Source: an uncultured Gemmatimonadales bacterium (GTDB lineage: Bacteria > Gemmatimonadota > Gemmatimonadetes > Gemmatimonadales > GWC2-71-9). From it: DNA of 20,339 nt. The translations under genes and the position numbers were made by a program. The notes below the pieces were generated by a model. It made no database searches. It was not told the DNA's origin and worked only from the letters and a program-made list of their open reading frames with translations. This document shows positions 1-7,857 of the stretch, in pieces. Numbering within the stretch: the first letter of the stretch is position 1; the number at the start of each line of letters is the position of its first letter. The stretch is taken from positions 1 to 20,339 of the forward strand of contig CAWGSK010000026.1 of NCBI GenBank assembly GCA_963825055.1, in the 5' to 3' direction.

Positions 1-1
1 G

Positions 2-133
2 CATCCCGCCCTCCGCGCCCTCCTCCTGCTCGGCGTCTTCGGGGTGGCCTACCTGGCCCTGGCCTGGATACTGGGCCTTCCGGAAGCGCGGAATATGCGC
101 TCCCGCATTTTCCCGACCGGCGGGAACCGCTGA
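2..133 (+). CDS. 3' end of a membrane protein gene, possibly the lipid II flippase MurJ/MviN (partial, runs off the window)
   Basis: Frame 2 is open from the window edge to TGA at 131-133 and reads HPALRALLLLGVFGVAYLALAWILGLPEARNMRSRIFPTGGNR. This is a hydrophobic helix ending in 'GxxxYLxxxxxLGxxE', reminiscent of the last TM segment of MurJ. Only 43 codons are visible. Confidence 0.45.
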   Translation, partial: HPALRALLLLGVFGVAYLALAWILGLPEARNMRSRIFPTGGNR

Positions 134-167
134 CGGTTGTTCCTACGTGAATGCAGACCGGCCTGAC

Positions 168-1982
168 ATGACCTCCCCCGTATCCGACGCCCTCCAGCGG
201 AAGCTCGACACCCTGCCCGACGGGCCGGGGGTTTACCTGTGGAAGGATGCCGCGGGCGGGGTGCTCTACGTGGGGAAGGCCAAAAACCTGCGGAGCCGGG
301 CGAGGAACTACTTCGCCACCGATCACTCCGCCAGCCCCAAGAACCAGTACCTCGTCCGGCTGATCCAGGACATCGACACGATCGTGGTACCGAGCGACTC
401 GCAGGCGCTCCTGCTCGAGAACAACCTGATCAAGGAGTACCAGCCGCGCTTCAACGTCCGGCTCAAGGACGACAAGAGCTACCCGTCCATTGCGGTCACC
501 CTGGGGGAGCCGTTCCCGCGGGTGCTGGTGACCCGCCGTCGGAACATCCGCGGCGCCCGCTACTTCGGCCCGTACACCGACGTGGCGGACATGCGGCGGA
601 TGCTGGCGCTGGTCCGCCGGATCTTCACCGTGCGCAGCTGCAGCGACGACATTCCCCGGGAACGGCGCGAGCGGCCCTGTCTGGACTATCATATCGGCCG
701 CTGTCTCGCCCCCTGTGTCGGCTGGCAGGAGGAGACCGGTTATCGGGCGATGATCGCCGATGTCCTCCGCGTGCTCGAAGGCCGGACGGGTGACGTGCGC
801 GACCAGGTGCGTGAGATGATGCTCGCGGCCAGCGATCGCCAGGATTTCGAGCGGGCTCGCGAGCTGCGCGACACCCTGCGCTGGCTTGACCAGCTCGAGG
901 CGCCCGGCCCGGTCGAGGCCATCGGGGGTGAGGACGCCGACGTGATCGGCTTCGTCCGGGACGGGGACGACGCGGTCGGCGTCCTCGTGCGCGTGCGGGA
1001 CGGGAAAATGGTGGCCCGGGAACACCGCTTCCTGGAGAACCTCGGGGAGGAATCCGAGGCCGCGATCCTGAATGCCTTCCTCGTGCGCTATTACGTCCCG
1101 GCGGTAGACCGGGCACGGCGGGTCCTGCTGCCGTTCCCCGCGGATGAACTCGAGACCCTGCGCGAGCTGCTGCCCGGCACGGAGTGGGTCGTGCCGCAGC
1201 GGGGCAAAGGGCATCACCTGGTGGTGCTGGCCGACCAGAACGCCCGGCACCTGATGGAAAGCCTGCGCCTGGAGTCGTTCGAGACGGAGGAGCGCGCGGA
1301 AGACCCGGTGTATGCCCTGGGCCGAGACCTCGGGCTGTCGATCGTGCCCCGGAGCCTCATCTGCATCGACATCTCCACCAGTCAGGGGCGCGATACCGTC
1401 GGCTCCCTCGTCTGGTTCGAGGCGGGGCGTCCGAAGAAGGCCGAGTACCGGAAGTTCCGTATCAAGGGGCCGGGGCAGCAGGACGACTTCGCCGCCATCT
1501 CGGAAGTCGTGACCCGCTATTTCACCCGCCGGCGCGAGGAGGACAAGCCGCTGCCGGACCTGGTCGTGATCGACGGCGGCAAGGGACAGCTCGGGGCGGC
1601 GGGACAGGCCCTCGGTACGCTGGGACTCGGCGAACTCCCGCTCATCAGCCTCGCCAAGCGCGAGGAAGAGGTCTTCCTCCCCGGCCGGAGCGAAAGCCTC
1701 CGCCTTCCGAGGCGAAGCCCCGGTCTCCGACTGCTGCAGCGCGCGCGGGACGAGGCCCATCGGTTCGGGGTCGCCTACAACCGGAAGCGCCGGACCCAGC
1801 GGACCATCACCAGTGAACTCCTCGATATTCCCGGTGTGGGCCCGGAGCGCCGCCGCCGCCTGCTGGAACGTTTCGGCAGCCTGGCCGGTGTGCGCTCCGC
1901 GACAGCGCCGGAACTGGCGAGCGTCCCGGGATTCAGCACCGCGCTCGCGGAGCGCATTCTCAATCACCTGCGCGGGACGTGA
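168..1982 (+). CDS. uvrC: Excinuclease ABC subunit C (UvrC)
   Basis: GIY-YIG nuclease (PGVYLW...LYVGKAKNLRSR), ALLLENNLIKEYQPRFNVRLKDDKSYP, FGPY, Cys cluster (CS..RPCLDYHIGRCLAPC), UVR domain (DFERARELRD), RNase H-like domain (DIS, DDF, PDLVVIDGGKGQL, RDEAHRF) and C-terminal HhH (IPGVG, VPGF). The start is ATG 168 or GTG 147. Confidence 0.97.
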   Translation: MTSPVSDALQRKLDTLPDGPGVYLWKDAAGGVLYVGKAKNLRSRARNYFATDHSASPKNQYLVRLIQDIDTIVVPSDSQALLLENNLIKEYQPRFNVRLKDDKSYPSIAVTLGEPFPRVLVTRRRNIRGARYFGPYTDVADMRRMLALVRRIFTVRSCSDDIPRERRERPCLDYHIGRCLAPCVGWQEETGYRAMIADVLRVLEGRTGDVRDQVREMMLAASDRQDFERARELRDTLRWLDQLEAPGPVEAIGGEDADVIGFVRDGDDAVGVLVRVRDGKMVAREHRFLENLGEESEAAILNAFLVRYYVPAVDRARRVLLPFPADELETLRELLPGTEWVVPQRGKGHHLVVLADQNARHLMESLRLESFETEERAEDPVYALGRDLGLSIVPRSLICIDISTSQGRDTVGSLVWFEAGRPKKAEYRKFRIKGPGQQDDFAAISEVVTRYFTRRREEDKPLPDLVVIDGGKGQLGAAGQALGTLGLGELPLISLAKREEEVFLPGRSESLRLPRRSPGLRLLQRARDEAHRFGVAYNRKRRTQRTITSELLDIPGVGPERRRRLLERFGSLAGVRSATAPELASVPGFSTALAERILNHLRGT

Positions 1983-3178
1983 TGCCCTCCGCGCCTTCCG
2001 GAAACGCCATGGACTGGATTCTCGAATGCCCGGGCTGCGGCAGCACGCGCGGCCCGGAAGGCATGCCCACCATCTGCGAGTGCGGACAGCCGTGGCTGGT
2101 CCGCTACCCCGGACGATCCCATCCCGTGACCGAGCGCGCCGAGGTGCGCCGACGTCACGGCATGTGGCGCTACCGGAGCTTCCTGCCCCTGGCGGAAGGG
2201 GAAGAGCCCGTGACCCTCGGGGAAGGGGATACGCCGCTCCTCCCGGTGCCCCGGACAGCCGAGGCCCTGGGACTCGTGGATCTCTGGATAAAGGACGAGG
2301 CAGCCAATCCCACGGGCTCGTTCAAGGCCCGGGGACTCTCGGCCGCCATCACGCGGGCCACAGCGGCCGGCTGCCGGTCTTTCGTGATCCCCACCGCCGG
2401 GAACGCAGGGGTCGCCGCCTCGGCCTACGCGGCCCGCGCCGGGGTCCGTGTGCGGGTCTTTGCCCCTGAATGGACTCCAGCCACCATCCTGGCCCAGATC
2501 AAGACGTTCGGTGGTGAACTTGTCCTGATAAGTGGACATATTGGCGACTGTGGAAAGGCGGCGAGGGACTACGCAGCCGCCGAGGGAGCAATGGACCTCT
2601 CGACCCTGAAGGAGCCCTATCGGATAGAAGGAAAGAAGACCCTGGGTCTTGAACTGGCCCTCCAGTACGGCTGGGAACTGCCGGGAGCCATCATTTATCC
2701 AACTGGCGGCGGGACGGGCCTGATCGGCATGTGGAAGGCATTTGGTGAGCTGATCGAGGCCGGCTGGGTCGCAGGGGTGCCCCCCCGGATGTTCTCGGTG
2801 CAGGCTGAGGGATGTGCGCCGATCGTCCGCGGGTACATGGCGGGTGCAGAGGGGGCGGAGCCCTGGGAGAATCCGGTAACGGCAGCGAGCGGCCTGCGGG
2901 TTCCGAAGGCGCTCGGGGACAAGTTGATTCTCGCGGCCATCCGCGAGAGCGGAGGAGGGGCCGTGGCGGTATCGGAAGACGAGCTGGCCCGGTCCGCCCG
3001 CGAGACGACGCGGCGCGAGGGCATCGACATGAGCCCGGAAGGCGGAGCCGCGCTCGCGGGAGCCGTAAAACTGGTTGAGCAGGGCATGCTTTCCCCCGAG
3101 GAGCGGGTCGTGGTGTTCAATACCGGCGCCGGCTGGCTGTACCGCCAGCCGACCGCCTTGTCGCCCCGTCCGTCCTGA
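1982..3178 (+). CDS. thrC: Threonine synthase (PLP fold type II, with N-terminal Cys zinc-ribbon)
   Basis: CPGC...CEC N-terminus, MWRY, TLGEGDTPL, PLP lysine motif NPTGSFKARG, TAGNAG, YRIEGKKT, PTGGGTG, VVVFNTG. The start overlaps the uvrC stop (GTG 1979 or ATG 1982); ATG 2009 is an alternative. Confidence 0.85.
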   Translation: MPSAPSGNAMDWILECPGCGSTRGPEGMPTICECGQPWLVRYPGRSHPVTERAEVRRRHGMWRYRSFLPLAEGEEPVTLGEGDTPLLPVPRTAEALGLVDLWIKDEAANPTGSFKARGLSAAITRATAAGCRSFVIPTAGNAGVAASAYAARAGVRVRVFAPEWTPATILAQIKTFGGELVLISGHIGDCGKAARDYAAAEGAMDLSTLKEPYRIEGKKTLGLELALQYGWELPGAIIYPTGGGTGLIGMWKAFGELIEAGWVAGVPPRMFSVQAEGCAPIVRGYMAGAEGAEPWENPVTAASGLRVPKALGDKLILAAIRESGGGAVAVSEDELARSARETTRREGIDMSPEGGAALAGAVKLVEQGMLSPEERVVVFNTGAGWLYRQPTALSPRPS

Positions 3179-3223
3179 CCGCCCGGTTGGTGGTGGGGTG
3201 GGGCGGGGCCATATTTCAAGGCT

Positions 3224-4492
3224 ATGATCCCCGACCGTTTTGCCATCCTGGATCCGGCCGCCGGCATCAGCGGCGACATGGTGCTCGGCGCACTGGTCGA
3301 TGTTGGCCTGCCAACGGACTGGCTGGCTGATTTGCCGGCCCGACTCAGCCTGGATGGCGTTTCGATCCGGGTCGAACGGGTTATGCGGTGCCGGGTGGCC
3401 TCGACCAAGGTGCACGTGATGCTGCCCGGTGGCGTGGTGGAGCAGCCGGCGGAGGCAGTCCAAGGCGCGCATGGGCACGGCCATCATCACGGGGAGGGTG
3501 ACGGACCTCACAGACAGGTTGGGGAGCTCATCACCATCATCCGCCGCGCCGCGCTCTCGCCGTGGGTGACGGAACGGGCCGTTCAGGCCTTCCAGTTGCT
3601 CGCGGAAGCGGAAGGCCGGGTTCACGGCATGCCACCTGCAGAAGTGACTCTGCATGAGGTCGGCGCGTGGGACGCGCTGGTGGACATCGTTGGTGCTGTG
3701 GGAGGATTCGAGGCGCTGGGGCTCCAGCGGATTTACCATAGGCCGGTCGCCATCGGATCAGGATGGATCCGGGCCGCGCACGGGATCCTGCCGGTACCGG
3801 CGCCCGCCACGACCCACCTCCTGGAAGGTCTCGAGATCGCGCCTGACGGACCGGTGAGCGGCGAAGCGGCGACACCGACTGGCGTTGCGCTCCTGCGGGT
3901 GCTGAGTCAAGGGGAACCCCCGGCACGATGGCGGATCGTGCGAAGCGGGTGGGGAGCTGGCGGGCGGGACCCGCACGAGTATCCCAATGCGTTGCGGCTG
4001 ATGGTGGCGGAGTCGGTGCGTGAGGCCGCGGAGGTCGTGGTGGTGGCGACGGACATGGACGACCTGGCGCCCGAGTACCTGCCCCCGCTGCGTGACGCCC
4101 TTGAGGCAGCCGGCGCGCTGGACGTCCAGACCTGGCCGACGCACGGCAAGAAGGGCCGGACCGGGTTTCGCCTGGAGGTGACGGTCGGCCGTGACGGAGA
4201 AGCCGCGGTCACCGAGGCACTCTTCCGCCACAGCACGACGGCGGGCGTGAGGCGCTGGATCGCGGAGCGGGTCACGCTTGCGCGCCGCGAGTTGGAGGTG
4301 AAGGCCGAGGACGGCACGATGGTCCGGGTGAAGGTGCTCGACGGTCCGGACGGGCCACGGGTCAAGCCCGAGTATGATGACATTCGCGCTCTGGCGGCCA
4401 GACTGGGCCGGCCGGCGCATGAGATAGCGGACGAGATCAAACAGCGGGCCGGCGAGCTGCTCCGGGAGCAGCACGGTCGCGCTTCATTCTGA
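3224..4492 (+). CDS. larC: Nickel-pincer cofactor nickel insertase LarC (DUF111)
   Basis: GISGDMVLGALVD, His-rich linker (HGHGHHH...PHR), AEGRVHG, HEVGAWDALVDIVG, AHGILPVPAPAT, TPTG, PNALR, TDMDD, GALDV, KKGR, STTAGVR and KPEYDD. Both LarC halves are in one ORF. Confidence 0.93.
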   Translation: MIPDRFAILDPAAGISGDMVLGALVDVGLPTDWLADLPARLSLDGVSIRVERVMRCRVASTKVHVMLPGGVVEQPAEAVQGAHGHGHHHGEGDGPHRQVGELITIIRRAALSPWVTERAVQAFQLLAEAEGRVHGMPPAEVTLHEVGAWDALVDIVGAVGGFEALGLQRIYHRPVAIGSGWIRAAHGILPVPAPATTHLLEGLEIAPDGPVSGEAATPTGVALLRVLSQGEPPARWRIVRSGWGAGGRDPHEYPNALRLMVAESVREAAEVVVVATDMDDLAPEYLPPLRDALEAAGALDVQTWPTHGKKGRTGFRLEVTVGRDGEAAVTEALFRHSTTAGVRRWIAERVTLARRELEVKAEDGTMVRVKVLDGPDGPRVKPEYDDIRALAARLGRPAHEIADEIKQRAGELLREQHGRASF

Positions 4493-4506
4493 ACAAGGGA
4501 GAAGGG

Positions 4507-5979
4507 ATGATCAAGGGACTCTGGGTGGGCCTTGTGGTCGGCATGGTTGCCGCGCCGCTGAACGCCCCCCTGGCGGCGCAGGCGCAGCGGGACAGTGCGA
4601 CCACGCTGGTGGCGATGGTCCAGCAGGCGCAGCCGCAGCGCTACGAGCCGATCGACTGCCTGGGTGACGGTCACTTCAAGGTGAGCAGTGCCAAGACGAC
4701 GGTGAAGTCGGCGCTGGAGGCCAGCAACAAGGCCGCGGTGCCCGGGATGCTGGAGCGCGCCCGGCGGGTCGTGACGGAGGCCATCAGCCAGAACGGCCAG
4801 GACGTGAATCCGGCCGCGTGGTACTGGCTCGGACGCATCTACCTGTACGAGGGTGACCTCGGCGGTGCGGATTCGGCGCTGAGCAGGGCGGGACAACTGG
4901 CCGAGCCGGCTTGCGCGAAAGAGATGAACCTCATCCGCATTACCACCGCGAACGCGCTCCTGCGCCCGGGGCTCGACCTCATGCAGGCGGGCCAGGCCGA
5001 TTCTGCCACCAGGGTGCTCAAACTCGCGTTGCACTTCTATGGCGACACGCCGTCACCGTATGCATTCAGTACGCTCGGCGGGTACTACTACAACACGAAA
5101 AAAATGCTGGACAGCGCGGCCTTCTACTTTGCGAAGGCGGTCGACGCCTCAGGGAAGGACACGCTCTTCCGCGAGGTGCGGGAGAGCTCACAGTTCAACC
5201 TCGCCGTGGCGCTCCAGAACAACAACCAGGATGCCGAGGCGGCCGCGGCGTACAACAAGTTCCTGACGATGAAGCCGAACGATCTCGAAGCCATGAAGGG
5301 GCTGGCCGCGGCGCTTCGCTCCGCGGGCCAGACCGACAGCGCCCAGGTCATCGAGAAGAAGCTGCTGGACATCCCCGGCGGCGAGCAGGCAGGCGCCAAT
5401 GCCGAGGCGGTGACCACGGTCGACATTTTCAACCTGGGCGTCAGCGCTTTCCAGGACAGCAACTACGCGGATGCCGTCAAGGCCTTCAAGCAGGTGCTCG
5501 AGCGGGAACCGAACAACCTGGATGCCGAGCGGAACCTGGCCTTCTCCTATGTCCAGCTGAAGGACGGCGCGCAGCTGCTGCCGGTCGCCAAGCGGATGTA
5601 TGAGCGCGAGCCGCTCAACGAGACCACCGTCCGCCTCCTGGCCAATGCGTACGGCATGACGGGGAAGAGCGACCAGCAGGTCTCCCTCGCGGAGAAACTG
5701 GTCCAGATGCCCGTGACGATCACGATCCAGACCTTCAAGCCCACGCCCGCGGGGGCCAGCCTCCAGGGTGAGTCCACGGGCCGCGCCGCGACCAACCTGG
5801 CCGGGAAAGCCGTCGCGCCGAAGGGGCTGACGCTCTCGTTCGAGTTCCTGAACGACGCGGGTACGGTGGTCACCACGAAGGAAGTCGTCGTGCCCGCGCT
5901 CGCGAAGGGAGCGGCGGAGCCGATCGCCATCGAGGTCCAGGGGGAGGGGATCACCGGCTTCCGGTATCACCAGAAGTAG
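4507..5979 (+). CDS. Exported tetratricopeptide-repeat protein with a C-terminal beta-sandwich (FxLYD-like) domain
   Basis: N-terminal signal-like segment ending AAQA. TPR-like helices include AWYWLGRIYLYEGDLGGA, FNLAVAL, AAAAYNKFLTMKPND, and FNLGV...YADAVKAFKQVLEREPNN. The tail is beta-rich (LTLSFEFLNDAGTVV...ITGFRY). A purine-rich RBS precedes ATG 4507. Confidence 0.8.
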   Translation: MIKGLWVGLVVGMVAAPLNAPLAAQAQRDSATTLVAMVQQAQPQRYEPIDCLGDGHFKVSSAKTTVKSALEASNKAAVPGMLERARRVVTEAISQNGQDVNPAAWYWLGRIYLYEGDLGGADSALSRAGQLAEPACAKEMNLIRITTANALLRPGLDLMQAGQADSATRVLKLALHFYGDTPSPYAFSTLGGYYYNTKKMLDSAAFYFAKAVDASGKDTLFREVRESSQFNLAVALQNNNQDAEAAAAYNKFLTMKPNDLEAMKGLAAALRSAGQTDSAQVIEKKLLDIPGGEQAGANAEAVTTVDIFNLGVSAFQDSNYADAVKAFKQVLEREPNNLDAERNLAFSYVQLKDGAQLLPVAKRMYEREPLNETTVRLLANAYGMTGKSDQQVSLAEKLVQMPVTITIQTFKPTPAGASLQGESTGRAATNLAGKAVAPKGLTLSFEFLNDAGTVVTTKEVVVPALAKGAAEPIAIEVQGEGITGFRYHQK

Positions 5980-5985
5980 GCCTGT

Positions 5986-6013
5986 CGGGACGGCGGCGTG
6001 CGCCGCCGTCCCG
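5986..6013 (+). terminator. GC-rich hairpin after the TPR gene (possible terminator, no U-tract)
   Basis: CGGGACGGCGGC-GTGC-GCCGCCGTCCCG gives a 12-bp perfect stem, extendable by GGCCTG (5979-5984) / CAGGCC (6018-6023). Confidence 0.6.
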
Positions 6014-6025
6014 GGTTCAGGCCGC

Positions 6026-6055
6026 TTGACAATCGCCCGGAGGACCGGGGATATT
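6026..6055 (+). promoter_or_regulatory. Sigma70-type promoter of the tRNA gene
   Basis: Perfect TTGACA at 6026-6031, an 18-nt spacer, GATATT at 6050-6055, then a GC-rich discriminator (CCCCGC). The tRNA starts at 6067. Confidence 0.75.
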
Positions 6056-6066
6056 CCCCGCACTCT

Positions 6067-6138
<72 letters not shown>

Positions 6139-6149
6139 CTCGACACACT

Positions 6150-6184
6150 GACGCCCCCCGCCGCCATGCGCGACGGGGGGCGTC
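6150..6184. terminator. Hairpin between the convergent tRNA and acg-like gene (possible bidirectional terminator)
   Basis: GACGCCCCCCG (6150-6160) pairs with CGGGGGGCGTC (6174-6184). There is no U-tract on either strand. Confidence 0.6.
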
Positions 6185-6199
6185 GTGCGTCCGACGGCC

Positions 6200-7225
6200 T
6201 CAGTAGACGACTTCCTCGAGTGGTCTCCGCGGGGTAGCGGGTGCCGCCGTGGCCCGGCCCAGCCGAAGCACGATTTGCGGCCAGCCGTTGGGTGGAACGA
6301 CTGCCGCGAGCCGCCGCCGCAGTCGGGGTACCTCCACCGCCTGGTTCAGGTATGACGACTGGAGCCCGGCGTCGCAGGCCAGCAGCAGGACGCGTGAGAG
6401 GGCCTCACCGGCGGCGAGCCAGTCGAGCGGTGTATCGCCCGGGGTGCTCAGGACAGCCAGCAACGGGGAGTGCGCGGCCAGCTCGCTGCTCTGTGCCGCG
6501 CGTCCGCGCCCAACATCGAAGGTGCGGATGACCAGCGGCGCGAGTCGTGCCGCCACCGGACCGAGCGCGAGCGCGCTTCCCGGCATCCCATCGCCTTCGC
6601 CGGAGCCATTCGGGCGCATCCAGACGGCAAGCTCCCGGCGGAAGGCGGAATCCGCCAGCTGGATCCGGTCGCCTTCCATGACGAGGTCCGTGAGCTCCGC
6701 GCGAACCGCCTCGCGGGCCAGCACGTCGAACCTGGCACCTTCTTTCCGGGCGGCCCGGATCAGGCTCTGCACGACCGCGGCCTCGACTGGCTGGCCGTCG
6801 AAAGACCGGCGACAGGTGTGGCGGCGTGGCATCGCGACAAAGAGGGCCTCGTCCGTCGGTGTCCGTGAGTAGGACCCGGTCAGGGAGAGGATGGCGAGGA
6901 GCTCGGGGCGAGTGGCGTCGGGCAGGCGCTGGATACGACAGGCCCGTCCGAAGAAATGGGCGGCCGCGCGGAGGTGGAAGAGCGCCGCACCACAGCTGAT
7001 GATCAACTCCCGCCCGTCGGGGTCCACCACCGGGAGGGCACGGCTCGGGTCGGCCAGCAACTCGACCCTGCCGTCGGCGATGCGGAAGCGCCAGGGCTGG
7101 CTGTTGTGGCTCGAGGGGGCGAGCACGGCATACCCCACCAGGGCGCGCAACTGTTCGTCGGCCGACCCGGCCAGGGGGAACGCCTCAAGGGCCTCACTCC
7201 ACTGCTCCAGCCAGACATCGGGCAT
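6200..7225 (-). CDS. Acg-family FMN-binding nitroreductase-fold protein
   Basis: LAPSSHNSQPWRF, LPVVDPDGRELIISCGAALFHL, RRHTCRRSF, DTPLDWLAAGEALSRVLL, LNQAVEV and PQIVLRLG...TPRRPLEEV, in a 341-aa double-domain protein. SD GAGGAG lies upstream of the ATG. Confidence 0.88.
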   Translation of the reverse strand: MPDVWLEQWSEALEAFPLAGSADEQLRALVGYAVLAPSSHNSQPWRFRIADGRVELLADPSRALPVVDPDGRELIISCGAALFHLRAAAHFFGRACRIQRLPDATRPELLAILSLTGSYSRTPTDEALFVAMPRRHTCRRSFDGQPVEAAVVQSLIRAARKEGARFDVLAREAVRAELTDLVMEGDRIQLADSAFRRELAVWMRPNGSGEGDGMPGSALALGPVAARLAPLVIRTFDVGRGRAAQSSELAAHSPLLAVLSTPGDTPLDWLAAGEALSRVLLLACDAGLQSSYLNQAVEVPRLRRRLAAVVPPNGWPQIVLRLGRATAAPATPRRPLEEVVY

Positions 7226-7254
7226 TGTTACTCCTCTCGCGGCGGCGGCGGATG

Positions 7255-7281
7255 GGGAGACCGGGGGTCACCCGGTCTCCC
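7255..7281. terminator. Intercistronic hairpin between hsp20 and the acg-like gene
   Basis: GGGAGACCGGG-GGTCA-CCCGGTCTCCC gives an 11-bp perfect stem starting 7 nt past the hsp20 stop, with no U-tract. Confidence 0.5.
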
Positions 7282-7288
7282 GCAGGCG

Positions 7289-7729
7289 CTACGAGATCGC
7301 GATCCGGTTCTTGAGGACCGGCTCCTTCTTGGGCAGCCGGACGGTGAGGACCCCGTCATGGTAGCGCGCCGAGATCTCCTCCGCGCTGACCGCGGACGGC
7401 AGCCGCAGGCTCCGGACGAACCGCCCCATATCGCGTTCCTTCCAGAAGAAGTCCTCGGTCTCTTCTTCCCGGATGTTCTCGCGACGGCCGGACAGGGTCA
7501 GCACCTGTCCCTCGAGGTTCACGTCCAGGTCATCCTTGGGGATGCCGGCGGCCTCGATGCGAACGACGAACTCCTTCTCGGTTTCCGAGAAATCCAGCTT
7601 CGGCAGCCAGGGGGTTGCCGCCTCGGACCCCGGACGCCCGAATACCGAGCGTGAGAAGACGCGATCGAAGAACCGCTCGACATCGTCCTTCACGATAGCC
7701 GGATTCGGGATGGGTTTGGTGAGTTGCAC
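7289..7729 (-). CDS. Small heat-shock protein (Hsp20/alpha-crystallin family)
   Basis: WLPKLDFSETEKEFVVRIEAAGIPKDDLDV...LTLSGRR...ERDMGRFVRSLRLP...ARYHDGVLTVRLPK...RIAI. The start is placed at GTG 7729 because a full SD (AAGGAGGT, 7741-7734) lies 4 nt upstream. The ORF track start at 7774 is probably too long. Confidence 0.93.
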   Translation of the reverse strand: MQLTKPIPNPAIVKDDVERFFDRVFSRSVFGRPGSEAATPWLPKLDFSETEKEFVVRIEAAGIPKDDLDVNLEGQVLTLSGRRENIREEETEDFFWKERDMGRFVRSLRLPSAVSAEEISARYHDGVLTVRLPKKEPVLKNRIAIS

Positions 7730-7774
7730 AGGTACCTCCTTGATGAGCGGCCCATGGGGCTCATGAGCCACCAT

Positions 7775-7809
7775 ACGCTAACCAGGCGGTGGTGAAAGGA
7801 TCCTGAAAG
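7775..7809 (-). promoter_or_regulatory. Putative hsp20 promoter: direct repeat CTTTCAG-N4-CTTTCAC plus -10 TAGCGT
   Basis: TGAAAG occurs at 7793-7798 and 7804-7809 (11-bp period). On the minus strand a TAnnnT hexamer follows 11 nt later (7780-7775). Confidence 0.45.
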
Positions 7810-7857
7810 AACCGCGAATTTTCCTTTGGGCCCGGATATCCGGCTAGATTCCGCGCC

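Noticed and set aside
2460..2760. Locally lower GC and more A/T-ending codons inside thrC
   Set aside because: The dip is mild (one 60-nt line counted at 35/60 GC), the protein motifs are continuous, and there are no boundary features.
1964..3739. 591-aa minus-strand ORF spanning thrC and larC
   Set aside because: Antisense shadow of well-supported genes in high-GC DNA, with no recognisable motifs.
5098..5104. A7 run in the TPR gene as a slippage or phase-variation site
   Set aside because: The frame stays open (T-K-K-M) and TPR-like sequence continues on both sides. The run is too short to be persuasive.
7743..7769. Palindromes in the hsp20 leader as a ROSE-type RNA thermometer or CIRCE
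   Set aside because: Short inverted repeats exist (ATGAGC/GCTCAT, GGCTCATGAGCC), but they do not sequester the SD and match neither the ROSE nor the CIRCE consensus.
7730..7774. Longer ORF-track starts for hsp20 (7774), fetB (8483), PepSY (9394), kinase (10606) and MFP (13251)
   Set aside because: Downstream starts have better SD sequences, stop/start coupling or intact signal peptides.
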